From: Lepidodermella squamata | Lineage: Eukaryota; Animalia; Gastrotricha | Length of the DNA: 64,000 nt | Assembly: GCA_047495785.1 (NCBI GenBank) | Contig: JBLDXI010000024.1 | Location: forward strand, 2,728,001-2,792,000 | Direction: 5' to 3' | Shown here: one piece after another, positions 38,320 through 51,000 of the stretch | Layout of the letters: every line of letters begins with the position of its first letter | Numbering within the stretch: the stretch's first letter is position 1 | Made by a program: the position numbers and the translations under genes | The notes under the pieces: model-generated | Databases searched by the model: none | Told to the model about the DNA's origin: nothing | Seen by the model: the letters and a program-made list of their open reading frames with translations, nothing else

Positions 38320-41300
38320 TTATTCAGCAGGGATTTCAGTTTCTTCATCATCAGGTTTCTTATGGTTATCAGCCTCGGCGCTGGAAACAACAATAACAGC
38401 GCTCTCCTCGTTTCCGTCAAGAATAGCGCATAGCAATTTGCCGTAGTCACCCGAGTCCATTTGAAGGATGGCCTTATTGAGAGTCGGCGCACCTCCGGTC
38501 AAATCGCTATAGTAATCGATGACATTCTGCAAATCGCATTCGCTCCTTGAGATCAAAATATGATTAATCCCAGCTTTCTGCTTTGTCTTCAGCAGTGCGG
38601 AAAGTCTTGACGCTAAATACTTCCATTTGTCAATGATAGCCGAAACTATAGGAAGAAATATTAGTCACACTTAGGAGCTAGAAACTCAATTAAGCTGACC
38701 TGCAGTGATGAAAGCATTCTGAATCGCTGGCTTTTCAAATGCATCTTTCGCATTCGGCAACAGCTGGTTTGTCAAGTCTTCATCGGGGTATTCGACTTGG
38801 TATGTCGAGCAAATATGCCGGAAGTGGGTGTGGCCTCGAGTCTTGAACATTTCTAGCAATAAATCCTGCCCAGGTGTTCCATGCAGCCTGTCTGCGTCAA
38901 TTTTCAAATGATTCGCACTGAGCTGCTCCGGCGTTTGAGGTCTCAGTAGTTGAGAAACCAAAAGCTGGACAAAAGCTGGCTCATTCTTGTCCAGTACAGC
39001 TTTCAAGTTATCCTCGAGCGTTTCCTTGAAAACTGAAATGCAAAAATTAGAGGTCAAATGTAAACATTTATAAATTTACTGCGGCTGTATTCAGCCTCAA
39101 TCTCCTGCAGCCGTTCGTAAGACTCGGTGAAAAATATGTCGATATAGGCTTCATAGTCCAAATTTGGCTTCTTTTCCTCAAGTAACGCTTTAATTCTTCG
39201 AGCGGTAATTTCCTGATGAGGCTTCATTAACGTTTTCAGAACCAATTGGAAATCTCCAGAAGTATTTTTCTCCAGGTCTTTGTCGTAATCCTATAGAAAG
39301 AGATGAATAACATTCCTTCATTACAGTGAAAAAACTTGCCCGTTTCTTGTAAATGTCATTGTAGGCACTTCTAATGTCAGATCGCAACTTTTGAGATCTG
39401 GTAGAGAATAAACTGGTCAGAGCTGCTCGATTTGTCCTGAAACTCGTCAGGGCGCAGTTTATTGCCATAGCATCAGGTTTCGGGTCGTAGCTGCCCTGGT
39501 GGTGGAATATTGCTGGAACAGCTCGAATCGATCTGTCTGGAATAACGATATCCTGTAGACGCTTGTGTTCAGCCGCCGCAGCCTCGGCAATTTCTTTCCG
39601 TCTTTCCTTCTCCATTTTCTTCTTCTGCTCTTGCTTCTCGGCTCGTTTCATGAATTGCTTTATCGTAGTCACCTTCCTTGTCTTGTTGAGATCGACTAGA
39701 GTTATGAGTATGTTCAGGGTCATTTGATCATCGCTAAACTGACGTTGTAGGGCGTCGGATAGAGCGTCCTCCTCGTTACTGCCGACCATTTCCGCAAATT
39801 CTTCAACAATATTGCCGAAGTAGGCGGAGTCGCATTGCAAGGTGATTATTCGGATGATTGAGTCCTTGCGATTCAAGGCGAATCCTCTTTGCAGGGCGCG
39901 TGCAAAATGCTTTGGAGGGTCTTCTATAGCTTCAACTAAATACTTGTTAGGATCAGCTAAATTACAAGTTTCTGTGAACTTACTGACATCGAGCAGTGGT
40001 TTTTGAACGCCAGGATCTTCAAAATACTCCGCAACATTTTGTTTCGCTTCGACGGAAAATTCTCGTCTATAATAGTCAAAGACGTCCTTGAGATGCGGAT
40101 TATCTCGAACTTTGAATAGCGAACAAATGAAATGATCCTCTGGCTGAAGTTGTTTCTTTGTCCTCAGCTTTTTCCCGATTTCTTCGTTGGTCTTCAGTTC
40201 TTCGAACAATGCTCGGGCATCTAGTTTTGCTGCGTTTATTGATGATCCTTTTGGAGCCTTAGGTCTTGCAGATAATGAAGTGAGCAGATGACGTAGGAAT
40301 GGTTCGGTTTCCATCGCAACGGCTATGTTCTTCTCAAGAGAGAAATTGTTCCCTGCAAAATGATTCTGTAAACCAAATCGAAAAGATGGTTCCCCTTACA
40401 TTTTCTGTACAAATCTCTCGCCCGAAACAGCTCGTCATAAGGCTCTGTAACAATCACATCGAATAAGCATTCCGAGTCTACAGGAACCAGCTTCATGGCG
40501 TCATTTAAATCGTTGGCCAGATTGATCGACCTAGGTTTAGCCAGTCTAGCGAGGATTGTTCCAGCCAGATCAGGATACGCTTCATCAATAGCAGCGTGAA
40601 GCTCTCGTTTATGGTTGCGCTTGTAATCCTCAGCCATTTCCAACCTCTGTTGGTATCGTTTTCGAACTAGAACGCGGACGATTTTCGATAAATCAGCTTT
40701 GAGCTTAACAATTCTCTCAACTTCCATTTCCTCTGCAGTTAGAAAACGCTCATCTTGAGGGTCTTGAGTAGCTTCCATCATAGCTTCTTCATCGCCAGCA
40801 TCTGGTTCGTCCGATTCGGGATATGGAAAAGGAACCCTTGGTGCTTTAGGATATCCGTCTATTCATTGGAAATAGAAGATCATCGGTTAAAGGTGTTTGA
40901 GGTCAACGTTACATTCAGCGATTTCTGGGAAGAGTCGGCAATATAAGCGATGGCTGAGATCCGGGTAAACCATAGCATCGCCCGTCACAGTGAATCCCGC
41001 CACTCCACTTTCGTTCAGAGGTTCCAGAACAACATAGCCTTCTTGCCGATTTCGGCGAACCCAAAACTCGCTACGGCGCCCTCCATCGCCGGCACAATCC
41101 CAAACACCGTTGTCGACCTGCAGGAAGTAACCTGGGAACATCACGGATTCAAACTTTCTTATGTTTTGTTCGGCGACTTTGTGGACACGGAAAAAGCACC
41201 GAGGGCTAAAGCAGGAGATATTAGGATTTGAATTTAAATCAAAATTTGCAGCTCACTCGTCCCTTTTTCCAGCGGCGGAAATCGTAAATTCATTCTCGAC

Positions 41301-43285
41301 AATAAGCACCTGGCTCTGACTCGTGAAAAACTTGATTATTCCAAAATCTCGGAAGCAGCCCTATAGAAATTGTTAGAAGCATGGCATTTTTCATGAAAAT
41401 GTACCTTTTCGTAGCAAATAAAACAGAAGTCAACCGGTGGAGGTATAGTTGTGAGCTTTTGACTAAGGTAAATTTGGCCATTACTCGTGACAGCCAAGTA
41501 AGATCCCGGGAACTTGCTCGACTCCAGCATGACCATATTTCGATTTGAAAGACACCTTAAACGAATTTCGTTGCATCGATCCTCGAACATCCCATCTGGG
41601 TCCTCCGATACGATTGCAGTTTCTGTGAAGGCCAAACTGTAGTTTCCTGTTTCGCAGCTCGTCGTAAGTTGAATTACAGGGTCGTAAGGGTGCAACGGAA
41701 GTTGAAATACAGCGCTACCATCTTACACAGAAAAAGGCTCAATTCAAAAGATGAAACATATTTAATCCTTACCATGCACGTCACTTGCAACGCCTTTCGC
41801 GTCAATGAAACCGCCGGGTCGTATTCTGAGCGGTTTTTTAGAAGAGCAGGAAAAGAAAACCAATTCAGCATCTCTGTTGTACTTCCGACATTCGTATTGC
41901 CACTAGTTAACTCAAGAAGATATAAAGGTAAATCTGTGAATATACGAATTTCTTACCAGATCCTCGGTCTGAAGCCTCAAGAATTTCGTCATATCGATAG
42001 CTCGGATTTTCATACTCGGATTTCTCGAAGATTGCTTTTTCGGGCCCCGCTCAGACTCCAGCCATTGACCGACATAGAACAAGTACTTTTTTGAGTCTCC
42101 GTCAATTACCAAATCGTCATGCTCTGTAATGGAAATGAAGTCGATGAACCAGCCGTGGGCCAGGCGTTTCGACGAATGTTCCAATCGAATGTGTAACAGC
42201 TCGCCGACATATTTGGCATTCTCGGAATCGAGCTCAACGACAAAGGTGTCCACGGCGTTTTTGCGGAACAGTGCCTTACGCCTTGGTTTAGAAATATCAC
42301 TCGACAGCAGAATCGGGTCTGACTCTCCATGCTCGCCGTAAAGTCTCAGGGTAACTTTACCCTTTGTTCCAGCATTCCATAAATCGCCCGTTTTAACCGT
42401 GATCTCATACCTGACTTGCTTATGCCGGGTCATCTTGAACTTGAATGGTACATCGGGGTAAAGAACTACCCCACTTTGATCGTGGGTGAGAAGCCGATTG
42501 CACAGAAATCTAGTGATCTTCGGAGCGGGCTCAGCTGGCTCGATAATTTCGATGTAATCGCATAACCAGTCTGGGAAGAGCCCAGACGCGCTGATGCGGA
42601 TGGCTATACTCCAAATTCGATCGCCCAGCCAAGCTGGTATGCTTACGTCGAAGATCTCGACAGTTCTTGCGTAGAACGCGAGCCGGTTTGAGGATAAAGT
42701 GATCTTAGGACTCACCCCATCGTCCCCATGTATTACCAGAGCCACTTTTGATGTTGAAAGACCGTTTGGCATATCACCTGTAGCTAGTTTAACCTTGATC
42801 GGCCTTTCCTTTTTCATTTGATCTGTGCTAGGTAGGGGAACGACTAATTGAGTGGGGTGGGCCCGTCTCCTGAGCGGCAGTGTGTTCTTGCTATAGATAA
42901 TTGCGGTCTTCTTACTGAGTCTCACGTTGTTTGACAGGATTTTAGCTAGTTCAGCCTGGCGTTTCTCGTGCTCAGCCGCAATTTGATGCACCTCTTGTGG
43001 GAAAATGTACTCATCGCCTCGATAACCTGGCTTGATTTCAGTCATTTGAGGAAGGACAGGTAGGGTCATGGATTTCGACCGTTGCAATGTTGGCGGAATT
43101 CTCTGAAGAGCTGGTAGGTTGTTTTTTCTCGATCTTGGTGCTAGCTTTTTCCGCTTTTTCGGTTTCTTAAGTACCAGGTCTTGTTCGGGACGAAAATCAC
43201 TGCCGCTTGTGGAGTGGATCGGGGACCATGCCCTCAATCGGCCCATGTGATCAGGGCCAGAACTTCGAGATTCAGAATCACTCAT
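38320..43285 (-). CDS. Fusion protein: basic disordered N-terminus-PLAT-PLAT-two beta-trefoils-two annexin cores
   Basis: PLAT motifs (V.LATGD..G.SKV.L.IHG, YEITVKTGDLWNAGT.GKV.L.LYG.HG). Beta-trefoil motifs LESSKFPGSYL and FESVMFPGYFL. Annexin repeats (QR..A..YK, DA.AI..AL, TSGDF, SRSECDL..SGDYGKLL). Checked junctions are frame-consistent 48-55 bp introns, e.g. 41903-41956, 40859-40912, 39291-39339. Confidence 0.75.
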
Positions 43286-43912
43286 TCCTATAAGCTATAG
43301 CTCATTTATTATTATTAGTGTTAGGAATGCAGCTATAGGAATGGTTTTAACGCTTTTTCTATCGATTGAACACCGGGTTGTATAGCCGTTCTTCTAGCAT
43401 TAGTCAATAAATGCGCTGCTTGTCAACCATTTCAAGCCGTTTGACAAGTAATATCGGGCGATTAAGGAAAGGAAAGGAAAGGATTGTGAAGGTATTTCAT
43501 CTGTGCTTTGATTCCTATTCCACGGCATTTGGGACATTTTGCTTTTTATCTGAAATTTCCGCCCTGGGTCCACCCTCACCAGACATGCTGATCGGCAACA
43601 TGATTAACGACATTTTTGACATTTATCAGTGACCTATTTGTGGCTAGTAAAAAGTCAAACAAAATTAAGACTGGTTTGATCAAAATAAAAAAAGCTGTCA
43701 CTTGTTCACAAGCAATTAAAAGTCGCACATTTTTTTATTGCTGGACTTTTTAGGGAGATTATGTGTATGTTAGAATGGATTTCATCAATTGTATCGAATT
43801 CGAAATCGTGATTGTTACAAATCACAAATCAGGGATTTTTCTAATGTATCAGCAGAATTCGAAGCCATGTAATAATTTGAGCGTTTGAGTGGCTGAAATA
43901 GCAGGGTCATGA

Positions 43913-44091
43913 CGCGGGGTGGGCGACAGAACGACGTGACTAAAATAGAAACAAATGGCGTAATGCATTTGATGCACAGAAAAACTGGCGCTCAGTTTTT
44001 CCGGCACGCGACTGACTTGGCGGAGATGCAAGAAATAGTTTTCCGCCATTTGTTTCTATTTTAGTCAAGCCGTTCTTTCGCCCACCCCGCG
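43913..44091. mobile_element. MITE-like element with about 48-bp inverted repeats
   Basis: cgcggggtgggcgacagaacgacgtgactaaaatagaaacaaatggcg / cgccatttgtttctattttagtcaagccgttctttcgcccaccccgcg. Confidence 0.65.
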
Positions 44092-44693
44092 ATGTTATCG
44101 ATCAATATTTGAACATTTTGAAGCGCAGCAAATTTGAAAAATTATCTGAAATTCAATGCTGGAACCGAAATCTATCCAGTGGTAAAACAATTTATTCCCT
44201 CAATGAATAACAGCTCCAATTAACTTAAAATGGAGCAGCGCTCATTCGGGACTCATGGCCTCGGCCCATCCATTCAACGAATGGGACGTCTCAAACATAA
44301 CAAGGTATTCTCGACTTTTTTATCACTGGATATTATTTCAGCGAGAGCGGTATCAATTCGGACGCGTGGGTCAAGTTCAGGTTCACACTTTGAGCGAGAC
44401 CTATTATAATATGACCTACTTTGAGTACCACGCAGCAGTTACGTTCAATTAATTTGAGCGGATGAAAAAAGACGTTGGCGCATGTCATTCAAGCACAAAA
44501 GTTACGAATAATAAGGACACTCAGGACACGGTTTCCTGTTTTCTTCAATTAACTTCATTTCAAAGTTCAAACCAGCCTGGTTAATGGTTAATCATATATC
44601 TTAAGAGATTTATCTAATTAAATGTGCAAACTCGTTCGCCGGCTTGAAATACAGAAGATTTCAGTAGTTGTAGAACAACCTGAATATTAAAAA

Positions 44694-47246
44694 ATGCATG
44701 CATTTGTTTCAATCACCCTGATATTAACGCTAATTTTTCACACCGAATCATCAGCTCTGATTTCGAAGGCAAGAACACTAAAAATGTTAGCCTTGGTTAC
44801 AAATACCGAGCCAAAAGATGGCACCTCATGCCTTGCAGGAATACAGGTATGTTTTTGTCCGAAATTAGGTCAAAAACGCTAAAATATTCTCAAGGTCGCT
44901 GTTGATGAGGCGAATTCAAGACAGGACTTTCTAGCCGATTACGGAGTCGAGGTGGTACCGGCTGATGAAGGCTTCAACGCTGTTTTGGCCCCTAAATCAG
45001 TCGTCGATTTCATTTTCGAGCCGAATCTCGATAACACGAGTTTCACCGCGCCTATTGTACTCGGCAGTCAATTCCAGTGCCAAACTTCGGCCCGAATTAT
45101 TCGCGAATTCGGAATGTCCCAAATCTCGATCGGATGCAATGGTCGAGCCCTGGTCAATCGGGTTAATTACCCGAATTTATTCCGAACAGGTGCAGTAGCG
45201 GATCAAGTCGGGATTACAGGTATCCTGATCGCTAAGTTCATCGGAAAGTGGCGGCAAATGGGCATTCTATCGTATTCTGGCAACCCTGTCGCAGCCACCT
45301 CGGCTTTTCAACTTTACGAGTTGGCAACAAAAGAAGCTATTGAAATTCGATGGTTCACCAATGCGCCTGAAATTGATGAAAATGTGGTTCTATCGATGAG
45401 AAACAGCGACGCTCGAATTTTCACGATTGGACTATCGGAAGTGCCTAATGTCGTCAAATTTCTGTGCTTGGCTCACAAGTTTTCACTCGTTGTACCAAGG
45501 TTTGCATTTAAATTTCGAAAATAACGAAAAAAGTTTCATCCGAGACAATTTTATTAACCTTGACCTCGTTCAATTACTTGAATTAAATTAAATTTATTGA
45601 TACATTTTGGGGGCAATTTAATTCCTCGAAAACCTCAGAAAATATCAATTTAATTGATTATAAAGCATTATCTGGATTATTCTCGCAATTTTTGTGATTT
45701 CCTCAGGTATTTGCATCTAATCTCGCGTTCGACTTTTATCGACCCCGAAGCACCCGAGCTGAGTTTGCCTCATGGCTGTAGTCGAGATATGCTTCGAGAA
45801 ATTCAAAAATCCATAATCTGGGTCGGCCCGTTTTCGCCGATCGAAAACCATGGAGCTTCAACATTCGGCTACGACACGGCCGAATTCGATAGACGATTTT
45901 TGAATCTTACTAGTGGGAAAATTCCTCCAGATTTTGAACTTCGATATTTCTGCCACGATATGGCTATGCAGGCTCTTCTAGCTATGGATAAAACTGAACG
46001 CGAAATACGTCCGCGAAACTTGACCTTGAGTGATTTTGCCGATAATCGAAAATCGATCGGTCACGTGATCACCCAATCGATCGCTGAATCGAATTTCACC
46101 AGTCTCCGGCTAGGGAGATTCATCTATTCCAAACGATTGGAAATGGATTCGGAACCAATGTACGCCCTTCAATGGACCCCTGAAGACGGTCTTAGGCCAT
46201 TCGCTGCTTTCACCTGGACAGGCCAAAATGAAGCTGAACTGTTCAATTCCAGCTTTCATAGGATGAAAATAATAAGGCCAGCAATTTGGTATTCGAGGGT
46301 CGGCAACAACCCGCCGAAAGATCTCTCGGATCTACTTCAAATTGAAACGAAATTTCCGAATGCGGTTTTTCCTATCATCTCAAATCTTGCTATTTTTATA
46401 TCGTCTCTACAATTGGCCCTTGCCTTCTATAGGGTCAGTCTAAGAAAATCTAAGGTCGATTTGGCATTCGACGGAATATTCACATTCGGCATCATTTGTT
46501 TCGCAATTTCATCGAATTTTTGGACGCGGCCTGATTTCAGCAGTCCCAATATCAAAATATGCATAGTTCGGCAATTTTTGATCGTAATAGGGGTCACAAG
46601 TTTCAACTCGATTTTACTAGCCAAATCTTACCTTCAACTTGCTAGCTATAAAAAATTAAGGCGGCGAAAGCGGCGCTTGAATGAAATGACTAGGCTGAGA
46701 AATTTCGCCGCCTCGAATAATAACCGTTCAAATTATCCTGCCCTGACCCATTCAATTATAAGGAAAGCTCTTTGTGCCACTTTGGGACTAATAATTTGTC
46801 ACATGATAATCTGGGCAATTTTCCGCATGACTGACCCGCTGATTGTGGATAAAATCAAGTCACCGATTTTGTACGACGATGCCATTGATAATTACTATCA
46901 ATATACAACCGAATTTTGCCGATCTAACTATGAATATACGTATCTAGCGATTTTGGCTCTGAGCCAAATTTTCACCCTCTGCTCAGCTTCAAGTTTCTGC
47001 TACCAAACACGGAATGTCAGGCGACTGATGCGGGGCAATAAAAATCGGCTGATTTCAGCTGAATGGCGAGCTGTTAAACTGTCGTCTTGGAACTCGATGG
47101 CTTGCTTTTTGCTGACGGCCTTTGTCATAGCTGTCATGCCGCTGAGGATGCTAGTGGCCCGAGGCGTCGTAATCGCTTCATCTCAGCTCATTTACGCGTG
47201 CTCGTCGTCGATTTTGTATAATTCATGGAAATTTGGGAAAATTTGA
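44694..47246 (+). CDS. Class C GPCR, GABA-B-like, copy 3. Exons 44694-44846, 44895-45499, 45707-47246
   Basis: Paralogue of copies 1 and 2 with the same three-exon structure. Confidence 0.85.
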
Positions 47247-48061
47247 TTGAAATAAAAAATGACGTTTTGTAGAAACCCCTAGCTTCCTAGTTTGCTCCTT
47301 GTTTGCTCTAGTTTTCACTATTTTATTACCTGATTTAACCTCATTCTGTGTAACGCAGAGTGAGTGGGAACAGAGAACAGAATAAAGAGTGGATAATTTT
47401 TTATCGCACACAATTTTCCGCTTCATCGGCTTTCCCTGTCAAAGTGATCGGTGCTCAAATCAAGGAAGAAAATGCTAAAAAGACTTTGGTTAGTCATTGT
47501 TTTGAGAGATGGGTATTCTCTTAGCTTTTACCTTCACTTACTCAGAAATCGAAGGAAAAACGAACTTCTACTTATGACTTCAAAATTTAAAGGACATTTT
47601 TTGGGTGAAACTTCGAATTCACAAAGCTTTCGAGAATCAGCTTCAAAAATTACGGGCTTGTAGTCTAAAGTAGAAAAATCCTTTAAAATTGCCAAAAATC
47701 AGGTGAATATAAATTTTTTTCAAAATTTACAGGATTTCGGATCGCTATTTTTTACATACCTTAATTTTTCCCACAAAGTTGGACAAGATTGGGTAGCGAT
47801 AAGAGCTATTCCAACGCTTAATTAATAAATATTGTAAAAAATTTCGAAATCTTTTTAATTTTCAATAATGGACTTTGTCTTTCTCATGGGCACGTGTTAC
47901 GTTCTAACGAGGCCATTATTAGTGACTCGGCCATCTGGCGCCATGCGGCCTCGGCTATTTCGCAAAGCCTCAGATAACTAAACAATCAAATTGCCATTTT
48001 ACTTACTCTGCCCTAGTTAAAAATATAAAAATACCCCATTTTTTGCTGTATCAGTTGTAAA

Positions 48062-51000
48062 ATGACCTCGCCGCATTGGGCAATCAACTCGCTTAACCTA
48101 GATAGCGAACAGCATCGCCCACCAGGTGTTCGAATTCAATCGCAACAGGTATAAATTCGAATTTAGAAGCTTTATGATAAATTTCACTCGAATTTGTCCG
48201 AAATTAGTACAAAGTTTCAATTTCAAAAATTTCCTGATTTTTTATTATTATTTCAGAGTGTTATCATCACCGAAGGCCAGCATGTTGGTAAAGATGGCGC
48301 GGCAATATCAGCCGGTGATTTGCACACGATCGACGCGGCTTGGGAAAGCCTCGACTACGACGTGTGCGAGAATTCGCAGTACCGCCTCAGCGAAATGGCG
48401 CAGACGCATTTTAGCGTGTCGACGAAAGAAGCCATGCGATGGGCGGCGTTCGCTGGCATCGGCTTCTTTACAGCCTTGGTTGCAGTCACCCTGAATCTAT
48501 TCATCGAAAAGCTGACCGACTTGAAAATCGATTACCTTGATAGGCAACTCATCTCGCTAGGTAAATGAACAAAAAAAAATGAATTTTATTAATATGAAAA
48601 ATTCAATTTGAAGTCTAATCAATTTTTGGAATTTTGAAAAATTTGAAAAAAATTCAATTAAAATTTGAAAAATTCAATTTTTAAATTAATTTATTTCACA
48701 ATTTCTAACGAATTTTCTCGAATTAATAACAAAAAAAGATTAAAAAATTTTAACATTTTTGAATTGAAAATTTGAAACAAATTGAAAAATTGAAATTTTA
48801 AATTAATTTATTCTTAAATTTTTGAATTACAAGTAAATTTAAATTCCGGTTTTTTCTATAGGTAATGATACTTCGCAGCCAGATTTGGACGATCCTGGGG
48901 CTAAACCCACGCTTCTCCCTAGTTACCTGATATGGGTCGGCGTTGGGACACTCTACGTCTCAATTGCCGCTATGCTAACCGTTTTCTTCCAACCCGCAGC
49001 CGGTGGATCGGGCGTCCCACAGCTGAAAAGCTACCTTAACGGAATTCGAGTTCGAGCTTTTCTCGGCTTTGACGCTTTGATCATCAAATTAATCGGCACT
49101 GGGCTGTCAGTCGCCGGTGGTTTGGCAGTGGGCCAAGAGGGGCCGATGGTCCACTGTGGCGCCATTGTGGCGGCTGGGGTGGCTGATGGTACTATTAGAC
49201 TGGCGTGCTGCTCCAGGAAATCGGCTAAGAGGAGTTCGAATTATGGAGGTAGCAGTGGCGAAAAGCGGAGATGTTCCAATTGCTGTAATTTGAAATGCCA
49301 CGATTTCACGCTTTGCAGCTATTTCAAGAACGACCATGACAAAAGGTAAGCCTAAACTTATTTGATTAAATTTAAAAATTATAGGTGAACTATAAAAAAA
49401 CCTTGGAAAAACTCATTAACCAGAAAACGGGATGCTTTTGGCCAAAATAATATTTTTCAAGAATTAGAAAATCAGCTTCGATTCAGAAAATCCTGACATT
49501 TCAGCAGAATGTGTCTGAAGTTACTTATTATTTATCTGGAATTTCGGCGATTTCCCAATTTATTTTGCACCTTGAAACATTTTTTGTTTTAAAGTTGGCA
49601 AAGCGTCATTTATTCTAGCAGATAATGTTTAAAGGGGGGTTGTCCAGAATTGGGACATTTTACTTCAAAAGTTTCCTATTAAAAAGGGTTTAAAAATTCG
49701 AGAGATCGAATTCTGAGGGTTAATTAGGTCACAGTCGCGGCGCAATCAATAAAAAAACACGCGCTTTTCGTACTACGCGTTTGATTTTTTCAGAATTTCA
49801 ATTTTTTTTAATGATTCTAGGTTTTTTAATTTAATTTAATTTAAATTTTCTAATTTAATCGATTTCTTCAATTTTTTAGGGATTTTGTATCAGCTGGCGG
49901 GGCTGCCGGTTTAGCCGCCGCTTTCGGCACCCCAATCACGGGCGTCCTCTTCGCCCTAGAAGAGGGGGCCTCATTCTGGAACCATCGCCTCACCCTCGGC
50001 CTCCTCCTATCAAGCATGACCGCCACTTTCACCGTTTTTTTCATCAACACAATCGTCTCAGCCGTGCTGGACTCGAAAGACCAGCGAACGACGAACATGT
50101 TGAATGAAGGCGTGTTTTCGTTCGGCAATGTCACCGATATGAAATTCGACATTTTCGAAATCCCTTTCGTCGTCATCGTCGGCATTGTTGGCGGAGTTAT
50201 GGGCGCACTTTTCAACAAATTCAACAAAAAGCTGGCATCGTTTCGATTTCACTAGTAAAGATTTGCTGAAAAAGTTTCAATTTTTTCCAAATTTTATTTC
50301 GTTTTTTTCAGCCTTCATAACAAATTAACGCTTATCCTAGAGCCGATATTGGCCGTCGCAGCTATTTCGACTATTGCGTTCTGTTTTTCGCTAATTTTCG
50401 TCCCATCTTGCTCGAAAAGTCCCTTGGATGACGCCGATAAGCGGCTGATGTGGCACGGCAAATCGATGAATCATTATTGTGGCGAGGAGTCGGCGCGGGG
50501 TCGGCTTCACTGTCCAGAGGGTGAATACAGCACGACATCGCTCCTATTTTTACAGGTAAGATTTTTAAATATATTTGATTTTATTAATTTGGCCGAGTTT
50601 TGTTGACCCTAATTATTTCCTGGTACGGATCCAATTTCGAATATTAAGGAGGTCTAAAATTTTAAAATTTGAAATTCTCCAGATAAACTGATTGAGAAAT
50701 TCATCAATCGCTCCATTTCTGCGATTTTCTGGAAAATACAGAATATTTCTCGACTATCGATGACGCTTAAAAGAAGGCGATGGTTGACGCCAGAAGCGGT
50801 GTCAAAATTTCGGAAAAATATCGAGCGCAGTTTCTCATCGTTGGCGGGCTCGAGATGAATAATGTGCTGCCGGAAGTCGAAAGTGTCGTTTGATCGGCAT
50901 TTATTTCAGATATCGGGGAAGAGAATAGCTCGGTAGTTGTCGTAGCATTATCAGTAATGATCTCATTATCAGTAATGACATCATTAGCCGGGGTTGTAAA

